A DNA stretch of 62,970 bases, filler included, from Octopus bimaculoides (Eukaryota): NCBI RefSeq assembly GCF_001194135.2. It is 5 parts of 5 records of this genome, joined end to end, with 100 filler letters (N's around TTAATTAATTAA, not from the genome) between each part and the next. Parts side by side here need not be neighbours in the genome. Positions count along the whole stretch, not along the records: positions 28,992 to 46,682 come from NC_068987.1; positions 46,783 to 54,750 come from NC_068990.1; 3 more parts are not named here. The stretch is one strand, 5' to 3'. A program made the position numbers and the translations under genes. The notes beneath the pieces are model-generated. The model did not search any database. It was given only the letters and a program-made list of their open reading frames with translations, and was not told where the DNA came from. Below are positions 38,699 through 54,180 of this stretch, in pieces. The first letter of the stretch is position 1; each line of letters begins with the position of its first letter.

Positions 38699-39332
38699 CT
38701 GCTTCTCTACAGTTTTCATCAACTAAATTTCATTCGCAGCCTATGGAATTCAGCAATACCTGCCACGCTCTAGAATTGAACAGGCAATTACACAATTCAG
38801 AACCGAATTTAGATCTGCACTCATAAACCCGAAGTCTATAGAAAGCAGTAAGCACTTAAAATGGACAGAACGGTCATTTAAATTATTTCCTCGTTATTGT
38901 TCTGTTCTAGATTTCTCACACTTCACTAAAGCACGAAACAGTATTATGAATCAATAAAAAAGAATCTAAACGTTTGCCTGTGTTCACAGTTTTAATATAA
39001 CAATGAAAAGTGTTTGTGACATTCTTCGTTTTTAATAAAACCAGTGTTTATTGAAATACTGCAAAACTTTTTAATTGGTCTGTCCATAATTTAGAAACAA
39101 TTATTAAACTGGTTTCTGGAAATAGACCAATAGTTCTAAATATATCAACTATTTTGATGTATTCTCTTTCAATATCAAATATCCTCTGACCTCAATGAGC
39201 AGAGTGAATGAAATATATTGTGTTATATATAAAATCTGTGCACTCTTGATAGTATGAGATAACATTGGTACAAAAGAGTACAGAGATATTTCAATTAATA
39301 ATTTATTTGTCGTTTTTGTTGCTGTTAATATC

Positions 39333-39544
39333 CTTTTCTACTCTAGGCACATGGCCGGAAATTTTGGGGGAGGGGCCAGTAGATTAGGTCAACCCTAGTG
39401 CATAACTGGGACTTAATTTATCGACCTCCGAAAGGATGAATGGCAAAGTGGACCTCGGCGGAATTCGAACTCAGAACATAAAGACAGGCAGAATACCGCT
39501 AAGCATTTCGCCCGGCGTGCTAACGATTCTGCCAGCTCACCGCC
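39333..39544 (-). mobile_element. SINE family B with 18-bp target-site duplication
   Basis: TTTGTTGCTGTTAATATC at 39315-39332 and 39545-39562; tRNA-like head with GAGTTCGAATTCC B-box. Confidence 0.9.
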
Positions 39545-40478
39545 TTTGTTGCTGTTAATATCAAACCCTGCATTAATTGAGTAGAGTTATTGTCAAGATT
39601 ATTCCACCCGGAAAGATATACACGTCTCATTCCAGACCACGTTTACTTAGAACTATATTAGCAAAAGCGTCATTCGTTTTCTTCAGGACACTAGGACATT
39701 GCTTGTTAGAAATCTGTCTGATGGTGGTAGTGTATCATTTTACCACCTAAGTACAACCGCTTAGTGTGGAACTGATTCACTTTATAACTGTATTGCCTGC
39801 TCTCTTGTTCTCAGTCACTTGCAACACGACTATTTATAATAGTAAACAGACACTCCATGCACAAAATTTTAAACATTTAGATATTTAACTTTACATGAAC
39901 CACAACGTTTTCTAAGCTTATAATCAACAATTAACGTTAGCCCAATTGAAATGCTACCTTAACATCGATAAAAATACTTCATTAACATCAGTACTACATT
40001 TATTGCTTCAATTACAATTACCATTCTGTTTTCGTTTTCTGCTTTTTGTCTTTTTTTTTTTTCGTTTTTCTTTCTCACTTTATTTCGACTCTAAGTTATT
40101 TTCGTCGCCATTACTGCACAGTAAAATTTCTTTTGTGGCTGATAACTATTTTGATATTATATTATATTTAAAATGTCAAGTGAGGCCAGAAAGTTCAAAA
40201 TATTTTCATTTCTTTCTTCTAACTAAAACAATTTTCTGAGTTTGCAACGTAATAAAAGTCAATTTCAAATCGTCGCATTACATTTCTACAAAATACGTTG
40301 ATAATTCCCACTTTACATTCATTCCTTTTATTATTATTTTTTTTTNNNNNNNNNNNNNNNNNNNNNNNNNNNNNNNNNNNNNNNNNNNNNNNNNNNNNNN
40401 NNNNNNNNNNNNNNNNNNNNNNNNNNNNNNNNNNNNNNNNNNNNNNNNNNNNNNNNNNNNNNNNNNNNNNNNNNNNNN

Positions 40479-40544
<66 letters not shown>

Positions 40545-40914
40545 GTGTGTGTGTGTATGCAGTTGTACATCTGAATGAATGTGTGTAGGTGAATGCCTGT
40601 ATGTGTGTGGTCTTGAGTGTTGAAATTGTAGTGTTTGTATGTGAATAATAAAATATGTGAGTGTATACGTTTATATTTGTCCACCTGAAAATTTTATGGG
40701 CAAGAATGTTGCTTGTGTGTGTATTTATCTTAACCGGAACAGCAACAGTGAAAAATAGCATTGACATTTTAGATTGAAAATTTGAATGGATTTTACAAAG
40801 GATAAATTCTACTCAGAAATTAATAGAGATCGACAAAATTCCAAAGGACACTTTGGCTTTTATGAGATTCTGACTATTGAAACTGAACAAAAGACGCAGG
40901 CAACAATAATAATA

Positions 40915-42414
40915 ATTCTATCTACTAAAGGCACAAGGCCTGAAATTTTCGAAGGAAATAAGCTAGTGGATTAAATCGACTCCGGTTCTCAACTGCTATC
41001 TATTTCATCCATAGGATGAAAGGTAGAGATTACTTCAGCGAAATTTCAACTCAAAACAAAAAAGCCAGAAGATAATGCCGCTAAGCATTTTTTCCGAACC
41101 ACGATCAATTCTGCTTCTATAGTAAAGAAGTCTTTGTAATTTCGGGTCAAGGCCAAGGAATTTGATGGGAGTGCGTCAGTCGAATACATCGACGCCCGCA
41201 CATGACTAGTTCTTTGCTTTATCGAGCCCGAAAAGATGAAAAGCATAGTTACCCTCGGTGGAATTTGAACTCAGAGCGTAAAGAATCGGAAGAAATGCCA
41301 CTTAGCATTTAACCAGAGTTAGTCTGACATTTCTGTCAATGTAAAACGGTAAATCGTTTCTAATTTATGCACAAGGCCAGCGGTTTTGATGGGAGGGGAG
41401 AGCCAATTATATTCACACCGGAACTTGAGTGGTACTATAATTTATCGACCTTCTAAGCATTCAAGGATTTTGATGATATTTCAACCTGAGACTTGCGAAG
41501 ACGTAACAAAACCCGATATGATTACAATTGCTTCTTTTTTGACTCAAGAGCCGGAAAAATCCACTCAGTACTCGATCCGTACAAGGTGGTGAGCAGGCAG
41601 AAACGTTAGCACGCCGGGCGAAATGCTTAGCAGTATTTCGTCTGTCTTTATGTTCTGAGATCAAATTCCGCCGAGGTCGACTTTGCCATTCATCTTTTCG
41701 GGAGTCGATAAATTAAGTACCAGTCGCGTACAGGGGTCGATCTAATCGACTGACTCCGCCTCTCCCAAAATTTCGGGCCTGGTGCCTAAAAGAATAGTAC
41801 TCGATTTGTATTTCAAGTTTATCGGCCTTGGATGGATGAAAGTCAAAGTTGACCCAGGAGGGGGGTCTGAATTTCGAACATAAAGTGTCGGAAGAAATAC
41901 TGCTAAATACAATAATAATGGTACTACTAATAATACCAAAGTAATTGGGGAGAATAAAAACTACCAGGGCCGGGCAGGAGTTATCAAGAGAGTGAGGGAG
42001 ACAAAGGGGACAACTTCACCTGCGGTTATGGGTGGAATTGGTACAAACATCCAAATCGCTGCGGTAGAGGCTGACGGATATTGTAATTGAGATTAGCAAC
42101 GTCATTCTGCAGAATAGTGCCATCGTATATTTTGTCAGAATCCTAAGAAAGATTCTTGCGATACAAAGCAGAATAACAACAGCAGCAGCACTGCCGCCGC
42201 CACCACCACCAACAACAACAACAATAATAATCCTTTCTACTATAGGCATAAACCCTAAAGTTTGGTGCAAGGGGCAAGATGATTGCATCGGCATCAGTAC
42301 TCAAGTGGTGCTTATTTTATCCACCCTGAAAGGATGAAAGGAAAGGTCGTTCTCGACGAAATGTCGCCAAGCATTTTCTCCAGCATGCTAACGATTCTGA
42401 CAGCTTGATGCCTT

Positions 42415-42474
<60 letters not shown>

Positions 42475-42690
42475 CCTTTCTGCTATAGGCACATGGCCTG
42501 GAATTCGTGGGGAGGATGATAGTCGATTACATCGACCCCAGTATCTGACTGGTACTTAATTTCTTGACCCTAAAAGAATGAAAGACAAAGTCGACCTCGG
42601 CTGAATTTGACCTCAGAATGTAGCGACGGGCGAAATACAGCTAAGCATTTCGCCCGGCGTGCTAACGATTTTCCCAAATCGCCGCTTTAA
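40915..42690. mobile_element. Cluster of about seven SINE family B copies or fragments, mixed orientation
   Basis: Minus copies near 40918, 41140, 41360, 41800, 42230, 42473; plus copy 41583-41795. Confidence 0.85.
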
Positions 42691-42694
42691 CAAC

Positions 42695-42800
<106 letters not shown>

Positions 42801-44021
42801 TGAAATACAAAAGATGTTGCATCTTAAAGTGAGAACTTTTCCTGTTATTGTAAGTGCCCTAGAAACCAGGCTTTATAAAATACATCCCGGGGTCGATTCA
42901 TTCGACTAAAAGTTCTAATGTCTAAAACAAGTGAAAGATAAAAGGTATGTATGTATGTATCTATGTATGTATGTATCTATGTATGTATGTATGTATGTAT
43001 GTATGTATGTATAATAGCACAGTCTTCATCTGTATCCCTTTATCTATAATCACACGTCTAATTCTTCATCTTCCCATACGAATATGTCTTCTGCCATTTA
43101 TCAGTAGAAATATTCTTAACTTCAAAGTTTACTGTGCCTCAACGGATCATAATAATGATTACATAGACAGAGGTAAAGCTTTATTGCTATCAAATCATAG
43201 CAATTACACAGGGAAAAACACAAGCTGTTTACTGAAAAAGCCGCCATTTGTATTTCGTTTTTATTTCCTGTAATTGTGTTTGCTTTAGCCGTACAAAATA
43301 CAATATACGTATATCAATAGATTCCTTTAAATATAATTGCTTCTCGCTTTAAGATATTTTGACATTGATAATGTTATAATGTGTGCGTGCTTTGAAATTT
43401 ATATTATTTCAGACACTACAGGATAAAATTACTGAGTATTAAGACTGCGCTTATAATGAAAATGTTTACTGGGAGTCATCTGTTACGTAGCAATTTAATC
43501 GACACGAAATAGGAAACGGAAGGGGAAAACGAATAAACAACAGTATTATATATATATATGCTATTATTGCTCTCTTGAGTTGACAAAAATTTCTTGGAAC
43601 TAATTAAAAATAGAATAAATGGCTGGATAGGATATAACAGTAGTGAGAGTTCTGGGAGGAAAGTCAAGTAAATTAATAGGTTTGACTTTCTATAAAGTGT
43701 GATTTTGTGTGTAACAACTATTATAGTAACTTTTACTGTTTTTCTAGACATATCTGCTGTCTTTAGTGCATTAGTGAATTTCGTTTATTTTTAGGAGCAA
43801 AATTGGGTTTCAGGCAATTATCGTTATTGCAAAATTGGTATAATACTTAGATACATACCAAAAGGCACACAAACACACATATACATACACGCATGCACAC
43901 CCACACACAGACTCCTCCTTCCCACACACGCATGTATATGTATACATACATACAAATATATATATATATATACACACATATATATATACATATATACACA
44001 CATATATACATATATGTATGT

Positions 44022-44069
<48 letters not shown>

Positions 44070-44665
44070 GTAAGTCTATGTGGTTGTAGGCGTGTAATAA
44101 TGGTGGCTGAATCCTAAGAGAAGATGAAGTGAATGGCTCCAGTTCAAAATAATGCAAAGATATTGATTTATTCTCTCTAAGCGACATAAAGAAAGATTAA
44201 GTCCACGCCCACTTAATAAGTAGCGACTATACCCAGTAGCCATTACCAATATTCAGAAGGTACAAAACGCTTCGATTTAACGTTTATTTCAAGAGAGAAA
44301 AGAAGTTGATTGTCCTGAGTATATTTTAATGATTTTAACACAGGATTGTATTACTGACAAAAATACGATCGCTGTGAAACGGTAAACAATAGCACAGAGT
44401 TTTGTTGGGAAGTGTCAGAATCGAATTACTGGTTCATTTACTGGTTCGTGGTATGTCGAGGAAAACAGAATAATTCGTTTTCATTTAAGTAGAAAACTTT
44501 GATGTTGGACTGTAAAGTCGTTGTTTCTTTCATTAAAACGAGAAACGGAGCAGCAATCTGTGCCTGTTCATGCTACATGCATTATGCGTCCCATGTTTCA
44601 TTCTAATGTTTTATGTCTTTCAAACTATCAAGTGTTTCTGCTAATTACAATTTTGTTATTTTCAG

Positions 44666-44815
44666 CGTAAGGACTGTGTACCTCAAGATATTCCTCTCTG
44701 GGTGGTCTTATACGCAAAGGCTACCAGCCATGATCCTCCCGTTGTTTTGTATAACGGAGATTACATTTCTGGTTATGTCCTTCTTAATTTAGACGGTTCT
44801 ACGTTATTTAAAGAC
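44666..44815 (+). pseudogene. Possible exon or pseudo-exon of an arrestin-fold (ARRDC/VPS26-like) protein
   Basis: Branch-like CTAAT, T-rich tract and CAG acceptor at 44665, then in-frame RKDCVPQDIPLWVVLYAKATSHDPPVVLYNGDYISGYVLLNLDGSTLFK; no convincing donor. Confidence 0.3.
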
Positions 44816-45269
44816 GATTTAGCAACCATATCTAGCAGTTCACGTCACAGCATAGAACCTAGATCAAAATCTCTTGTCCATCATCTTAACACTGTCAGCC
44901 GTCTCTGCAGGCAACCTGCTAACGTTAGATTAACCTTCTTTTCACAAGCAATTCTAGATTCTGGGATACGTACTCTAGTCATAGAAATGACATTATGAGC
45001 TGGGCAATTTTACTTTTCCGTTGATGTACCTGGTTGAGTCAGAAGGTTTTTCGATTTTTCACTGTGATGTTTAGTAATTCGTATCTCCATCTTATATTAT
45101 CAATTTGATACAACTTGCTCTCCAATCGTTGTGGAATGGTAGATTCTTAATTTTTCATATATAATATATACATATTGTTGAATCCTTATTTTACAGCTTT
45201 GATAATGAGTGGTGAAAAAAGTGCAATTGAAGCCTTTTATACGCTACCTGTGGAAAAAAGACTGAGTGG

Positions 45270-46301
45270 AAGGACAGCGGTAACACAAATTAATGCTGTG
45301 AAGACCTCGGAGCTATCAACGAATGTGTGCTACAAAACTGGTTCTGAGCCGGAAACTACTGCCTAGAGGACGAGCATCGTCCTCAAAGATCTGTAAAGCT
45401 CAGCGAGGACATCCTGCAAAATCTTGATGGAACAAAATGCCATCGTAACTATAGATGAACTTGCAAAAAAGCTTGGATTTGATCATTCGACCATTCATCG
45501 ACACCTGCATGCCATCGGGAAAGTCAGCAAATTGGGTTAATGGGTTCCTCACGAACTTTCTGAGTTTAATCATGTGCAGAAAGTGAATGTGTGCTCTTCT
45601 TTGTTGCCACGTGTTACGAATGAAACTTTTTTCGACCGAATAGTGACAGGTGACGAGAAATGGTTTCTCTTATAAAAATGTCAGGCACTGAAGACAGTGG
45701 GTGAGAATGGGAGAAACACCGGTACCCCAGGCTACAGAAGGTCTTCACCTATGTAAGATGTTGTTATCTGTTTGGTGGGATATGAAAGGTTTAGTCCACT
45801 TTGAACTTTTAAACCCAAACCAAACGATAACAAAGGAGATTTACTGCGAGTAGCTTCCGCAGTTCAAGTCAGCGCTAGACGAAAAACAACCATCTTTGGT
45901 TTCAAGACGAAAGGTGTTCTTCCATTAGGATAATGCTTGGCCACATACAGCGAGGATGACATTCCAAAGGCTGGAGCAGTTTGAATGGGAAACGATGACC
46001 AACACACTATATTTGCCAGACATCGCCCCCATCTGATTATCTATTTATTCCGCAGTCTTCAAAATCATTTGGATGGAAAAATATGAATTCTGTAGACGAG
46101 GTCAGAACAGTACCGAAAGAGTATTTTTCGTCACGGAGAAATGATTTTTGAAAGAGGGGCCTTGCAAGTCTACCAGATAGATGGAAGAGCATTGTAGAAA
46201 ATGAAGTGTATATTTTAGATTTAAAAAGAGCTTTGTTTATCTTAATTTTGTAAAATAACAGAAGTATAAAAAACCCGCATTATTTATGGGATGACGCAAT
46301 A
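45270..46301 (+). mobile_element. Mariner (Mos1-type) relic, 5' truncated, same family as 11218-12383
   Basis: WVPHELS, DRIVTGDEKW, DNAWPHTA, DIAPSDY, FRSLQNHLDG motifs; 3' TIR CCCGCATTATTTATGGGATGACGCAATA. Confidence 0.9.
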
Positions 46302-46682
46302 CTTCTCATTATCAGTGGCATTCGCGTCGCATTAAATCAGGTAATATTGGCGGTACCAAAACACTGAACACCTATTACTACAAATGATATTGAATCAAAC
46401 TCGGCAGACACTTTGACAAGAGATAGAGGTTATCATAGCATTAAGAAAAAAACGGCATTCAATATAAATAATTTAGAAATGACATTCTGGAAAATATAGA
46501 GAACGGCACAAGAAAAATACAGACTTTTAAAATAGCAACTACCAACACGAAACACATGTATACGTATCTATGTATATATTTGTACATATATAGATATGTG
46601 TGTGTGTGTGTGCGTGTGTATAAATATGTGTGCGTGTGTAAAGGAATTTCGAGAACGGGGTGTGAAAGAAACCCATATATAT

Positions 46683-46782
46683 NNNNNNNNNNNNNNNNNN
46701 NNNNNNNNNNNNNNNNNNNNNNNNNNTTAATTAATTAANNNNNNNNNNNNNNNNNNNNNNNNNNNNNNNNNNNNNNNNNNNN
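46683..46782. other. Artificial scaffold-joining linker
   Basis: 44 N + TTAATTAATTAA (46727-46738) + 44 N. Confidence 0.95.
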
Positions 46783-46874
46783 AGAGAGAGAGAGAGAAAG
46801 AAGCAGAGAGAGAGAGAGAGAAAGAAGCAGAGAGAGAGAGAGAGAGAGAAAGAATTAGAGAGAGAGAAAGAAGC

Positions 46875-46925
<51 letters not shown>

Positions 46926-47070
46926 TAGAGAAAGAGAGAGAGAAGCAGAGAGAGAAAGAAGTAGAGAGAGAAAGAAGTAGAGAGAGAAACGGTGAGGTAG
47001 AGAAATAAAGAGAAAAAGTTATAGAGAGAGGGGGAGAGAGAGAAAGACAGACAAAGAAGCAGAGAAAGAG
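46783..47070. repeat. (AG)n purine tract with recurring AAAGAAGC interruptions
   Basis: Direct inspection. Confidence 0.95.
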
Positions 47071-47977
47071 TGAGAGTTGGTTATTCAATTTAATTCGTTG
47101 TTAACCCGTCTGATTAAGTGCATTTGCATTTAATCCACAATATACTTAAATAAATGGAATTGGATCTCCGTTGATTTGAATGATGAGTATTCAGTTATTC
47201 GATCAACTGAATTACTTGCTCGTCGAGCTTCAGTTAATTCGATGCTGTCGAAAAAGACGCTTGCCCAGGATGCCATTTAGAGAGATTGAACACGAGACGA
47301 CACGATTTCGAAGGCGTATTTTAACCATTCGTACACGCTGCATCCACTTAACAAGGAAAGTGAAACCTCATTTAGAATTACGGTATCTATAATTAGAAAG
47401 TTCAATAATTTGCCTTCACCTCTGAAATCAATAAAATAACAATTATTAAAATAAGAACCAGGCAAAGTATTATCGACTAAACCTATTGATGTGGTACCCC
47501 AGCATATTCTTAGTAATAACTGAAATCACTAAAAAGCCAATTATAAATCCAGGATAATGTGGTCAAACGGCTACTATTATTAAAATTGCTGGATTTCAAA
47601 CACGCTCAGGATATTCTATGCTTAATGCTATTGTTATCTACAAGGCACTGTCCAAAAGTAATCGTAATAAGCGACCTCCACCGTGTATGCGTTTATGTTA
47701 ATTAGTTGAAGTCTTCCTGCAAGGAAGGAGAAGCTGGTTTATAACAATGATACAAAGCTCTGTCGTTGGTATCTAGATAACAAAGGCGATTTCATATTTT
47801 GAACTTGAGAAAGATCTTTCGTATTTTTATTGTTTCGGTTAAAGACTGTATCTGTGATATGTGTGTTTGTTTGTTGATTTGTTTTTCTGAAAAACTTACC
47901 TTTTTCTTACAGATTGTCGCTTAGGCATTTACTCACAAAATCAAATATGCCAATTATGTATGTATGTATGTGTGTGT

Positions 47978-49380
<1,403 letters not shown>

Positions 49381-49569
49381 TATATAAGTATGTGTGTGTA
49401 TGTATGTATGTATGTATGTATGAACGTACGTACGTACGTACGTACGTAACTACGTACAAATGTATGTATGTATGTATGTATGTATGTATGTATGTGTGCA
49501 TGTATGTATGTATAATGTTCACTTTTCTCGTTCTCTTTCTCTTTTTAATTCAGAGTAAATTTTGAACGG

Positions 49570-49915
49570 CCACTTACATGGTAGCAAAGTTCTGAAAGAA
49601 AGCATCTTGTTTCGTTCATCATCCTTTAAACCTTAAGAAGGTTTTGCAGAATTTTATAGCCCCAAATATCGTGATCATTTGTAGAGTATGAATTAAGGAT
49701 TTGTTTTCTCTCCACAAGAATCCAAGTTCAGCCATACTTTGCTCGAGACATGTTGGCATGTATCCAGTTGCTCCAAAAGTAATAGATTTGAAGCTGAATG
49801 TGTATGTTGGGTACAGGATTTGCAATCTACTTATCAATGGTCCATAGATGTCCTCTTTCTCTTGTATTTTTCTAACCACACTGGTGTCCAGAGGGCAGCT
49901 GATTTACACTTCAAA
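49570..49915 (-). mobile_element. 3' end of an RLE-type non-LTR retrotransposon (R4/Dong-like)
   Basis: ISCPLDTSVVRKIQEKEDIYGPL..LQILYPTYTFSF..FGATGY..LGF..LQMITIFGAIKFCKTFLRF matches restriction-like endonuclease C-termini. Confidence 0.7.
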
Positions 49916-50559
49916 GCATATATGTATGTATGTATGCATGTATCTGTTTTGCATGAAAATATGTGTTTGTATGTACAACTAGAAAAAGCACCTTTTAGAC
50001 ATCTTTTTTAGGAAGCGTTTAAATAGATGTGAATCTGAATCAGTATATATTTATTTATAGCACACCCAATAACAAATGGTAGTCCACTAATTTTATAGAC
50101 ATGTATGTATATGTGTGCGTCATTTGTAGGTGTGTGCGTATATGTGTTCGTGTGCATGTGTGGGCATGTTAACAAGTACATATATAAATACATGTACGTA
50201 GGCAGACAGTCCATATATCTATGTGTATGTGCGAGTGTACGTACGTATGAACGAGCCACATCAATATTGCATAGTCTAAATAATTTGATCAACCAAACAT
50301 TCTTACTGCAGCTATTTGCTGCAGTCCATCTAATCTGTTTGCTTTCAACGTGTAGGTGTTAAAGTCGATGTAAACCTGAGCTTGTAACATTATTGTTTCT
50401 CATCTATTTTATCTCTATAGAAGCTAGCTCCAAGAACTGGCCTTCTGTCTGTGAGTCATCCTGGCTTTTATGAAAGCTTTTCACTAACAACGACGACATT
50501 TTTTTCTTTCATTTATATTTTTCACTATATGTCCTTATTCAATTTTATTTTACTACTAC

Positions 50560-50626
<67 letters not shown>

Positions 50627-50911
50627 GCTATTCAAATTATATTTCTCTCTGATTAGTCTCTTTTTGTAACTATCGTCTGTTGATTTAAGCAATTTATATT
50701 ATCGATAAGTTAGATTTTAATGGTTGACCGATTTGGCAGCCATTTAAACCATGAACGAAGTTTCATTTGAAATTGTTGATTGATCTGCTCGTGCTAACCT
50801 ACAGCATATTTTCACACAGATCTCATCTGCTCCGCTGTGATAGAGGACATTCTCTTATTCTCTTTCTTCGTTTGCTTTTTTTTTCTTTCTTTTTTTTTTT
50901 GCACTTCAGCA

Positions 50912-50919
<8 letters not shown>

Positions 50920-50944
<25 letters not shown>

Positions 50945-51336
50945 GTTACCACTATCAATTACTTCCACCAATACAGTCTTAATCATTGTAGTCATCGTCT
51001 TTGTCTTCGTCTTCGTCGTCATCGTCGTCGTCGTCATCATCGTCGTCATCATCACCATCATCATCATCATCATCATTACCACTATCAATTTACCTTCCAC
51101 ATTACAATCACAATCACCGTCGTCTTCGTCGTCTTCGCCGCCGCCGTCGTCGTCACCATCATCATCAGCATCATCACCATCATCATCATCACCATCATCA
51201 TCATCATCGTCACCATCATCATCATCATCATCGTCACCATCATCATCATCATCATCGTCATCATCATCATCATCATCATCGTCATCATCATCGTCGTCGT
51301 CATCATCATCGTCATCACCATCATCATCATCGTCAC

Positions 51337-51386
<50 letters not shown>

Positions 51387-51393
51387 CCATCAC

Positions 51394-51453
<60 letters not shown>

Positions 51454-51554
51454 CATCATCATCACCATCATCATCATCATCGTCATCATCATCGTCATCA
51501 TCATCGTCATCATCATCGTCGTCGTCATCATCATCATCGTCATCACCATCATCG

Positions 51555-51607
<53 letters not shown>

Positions 51608-52895
51608 GTATGTTTCCCTTCCTTTTATCTTTTAGTTTCTTAATACTCTCAGTACTCTTTCGTCTCCGTTCTTTTGTTTCCTTCTTTTTCTTATTCTTCT
51701 TTTTCTTATTCTTCTTTTCGTTCGCGTTCTTGATGTTGTCGTCGCCTTCGCCGACGTCGTCGTTGTTTTTGTTGTTGCCTTTTCGCTTTTTTCTCTTCTT
51801 CTTTTTCCTAACCATCATCGAAATCACCACCACTATCACTACCACTACCACCACTGCCACACGACTAACATTACCGTCACTAGAAAGAAACACTGCTAGC
51901 ACCACATTACCTTCCACGTTACAATCACAATCACCGTCGTCTTCTTTGTCATCATCATCATCGCTATTGTACTTCTGCTCACCTCATCATCATCATCATT
52001 GCTTTTCTTATTACAATTTCTCTTTATATTATCTCCCTTCTTTTTCTTCTTCTTCTCATTCTTTTTCTTCTTCTTCGTCTTCTTCTTCTTCTTCTTCTTC
52101 TTCTTCTTCTTCTTCTTCTTCTTCTTCTTCTTCTTTTTCTTCTTCTTCTTCTTCTTCTTTTTCTTCTTCTTCTTCTTCTTCTTCTTTTTCTTCTTCTTTT
52201 TCTTCTTCTTCTTCTTCTTCTTCTTCTNNNNNNNNNNTTCTCATTCTTTTTCTTCTTCTTCGTCTTCTTCTTCTTCTTCTTCTTCTTCTTCTTCTTCTTC
52301 TTCTTCTTCTTCTTCTTCTCCTTCTTCTTCTTCTTCCTCTTCTTCTTCTTCTTCTTTTTCTTCTTCTTCTTCTCCTCCTCCTCCTCCTCCTCCTCCTTCT
52401 TCTTCTTCTTCTTCTTCTTCTCCTCCTCCTCCTCCTCCTACTTCTACATGATTATTACCATCATGGTGACATCTTCATCACGGCCACCACCACCAGTAAC
52501 ATCATCATCAACCTCATCATCATCATCATCATCATCATCCTCATCATCGTATTTATTTTTCCTTTTATCTTTCAGTTTTTTTTTTTATGCATTTAGTAGT
52601 TTCATCACCCTTCATTTGTTTTCTTCTTCCTTCTTTCATTGTTTTTCTTCATCTTTTTCTTTTACTACATGATTCTTATCAACATGGTATTCATTATCAG
52701 CACCACACCGCCGCAGCCAACAACACCACTGCAACCACCAGCACACTACCACTCACACCAACGCCTTCTACTAACATCAACATCACCGCATTCTTCTTCT
52801 TCTTCTTCTTCTTCTTCTTCTTCTTCTTCTTCTTCTTCTTCTTCTTCTTCTTCTTCTTCTTCTTCTTCTTCTTCTTCTTCTTCTTCTTCTTTCTT
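50920..52895. repeat. About 2 kb mosaic of (CAT)n, (CGT)n, (CTT)n and (CCT)n microsatellites
   Basis: Direct inspection; source of poly-His/Ile/Ser/Phe ORFs. Confidence 0.95.
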
Positions 52896-53439
52896 GATGA
52901 TTGTATTATATAACATAGTAATTATTGATTCCTTTCGACATGGAATTCCTTTCCTTTTTTCTTTTCTTTTTGTTGTTGTTATTGTTTTTGTCCTTTATCG
53001 TTCAGTAAATGTTGTTTATTTAGATTATAGTCGAACTGAGAACACAACAAGGCATTGAACTCATTCTCCTTAAACATACATAGCTAGCAATATAATCTTA
53101 CTTCTGCTACTATCTAAAATATCTTCCACTCTATAACGAAATTATCTCAACCAAATAGCTTGAAGCAAACTCGTTAATACTTACTTTTTTTGTATAAAAC
53201 AAAATGTCGGTACCTCTACCGTTACTTAAAACGATTTCGGTGGCTACACAGTTAATACATGCTCTTAATATGCGACATCTCTTACGTGGAAGTCCAAATA
53301 CTTATCAGCACCAAGTCAAAATAAAAAGGCGCTCACAATATATATCATATGATAATCAAAACCACATATATATATATATGTTTATTTATGTATGTTCTTG
53401 TTAATGTTTGTTTTATATAAATTTACTCTCTCTCTCTCT

Positions 53440-54035
53440 TTTACTCTTATACTTGTTTCAGTCATTTGACTGCGGCTATGCTGGAGTACCGCCTTTAGTC
53501 GAGCAAATCGAGCCCAGGACTCATTCTTTGTAAGCCTAGTACTTATTCTATCGGTCTCTTTTGCCGAACCGCTAAGTTACGGGGACGTAAACACACCAGC
53601 ATCGGTTGTCAAGCGATGTTGGGGGGGGGTGACAAACACAGAGACACAAACACAACCATNNNNNNNNNNNNNNNNNNNNNNNNNNNNNNNNNNNNNNNNN
53701 NNNNNNNNNNNNNNNNNNNNNNNNNNNNNNNNNNNNNNNNNNNNNNNNNNNNNNNNNNNNNNNNNNNNNNNNNNNNNNNNNNNNNNNNNNNNNNNNNNNN
53801 NNNNNNNNNNNNNNNNNNNNNNNNNNNNNNNNNNNNNNNNNNNNNNNNNNNTATATATATGCATATATATACGACTGGCTTCTTTCAGTTTCCGTTTACC
53901 AAGTCCACTCACAAGGCATTGGTCGGCCCGAGGCTATAGTAGAAGACACTTGCCCAAGGTGCCACGCAGTGGGACTGAACCCGGAACCATGCGGTTGGTA
54001 AGCATGCTACTTACCACACAGCCACTCCTGCGCCT
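53440..54035 (-). mobile_element. SINE family A, full length with internal gap
   Basis: Head AGGCGCAGGAGTGGCTGTGTGGTAAG on minus; N gap at internal microsatellite. Confidence 0.9.
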
Positions 54036-54119
54036 AAGTTGTGTATAAAAATAGTTGAACAATAACTTAAAGCATCACTCAATTTTTTACTAGTTTACCA
54101 TATTTATTCGTTTTAGTAA

Positions 54120-54180
54120 GGGGATATGCTGGAAGTAACTTCCACGTTTCGGCTTACTAGCCATCATCAGATAGTCTAAA
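54120..54180 (-). ncRNA. Partial hammerhead core (degenerate)
   Basis: CTGATGA-T-GGCT-AGTA-AGCC-GAAAC-GT then AATAAA downstream; stems I and III imperfect. Confidence 0.35.

Noticed and set aside
39620-39760. Further CTGAAGA/CTGATGG boxes with nearby hairpins
   Set aside because: No GAAA box at the required position and no stem I.
50837-52596. Long poly-His/Ile/Ser ORFs
   Set aside because: Translations of stop-free trinucleotide microsatellites.
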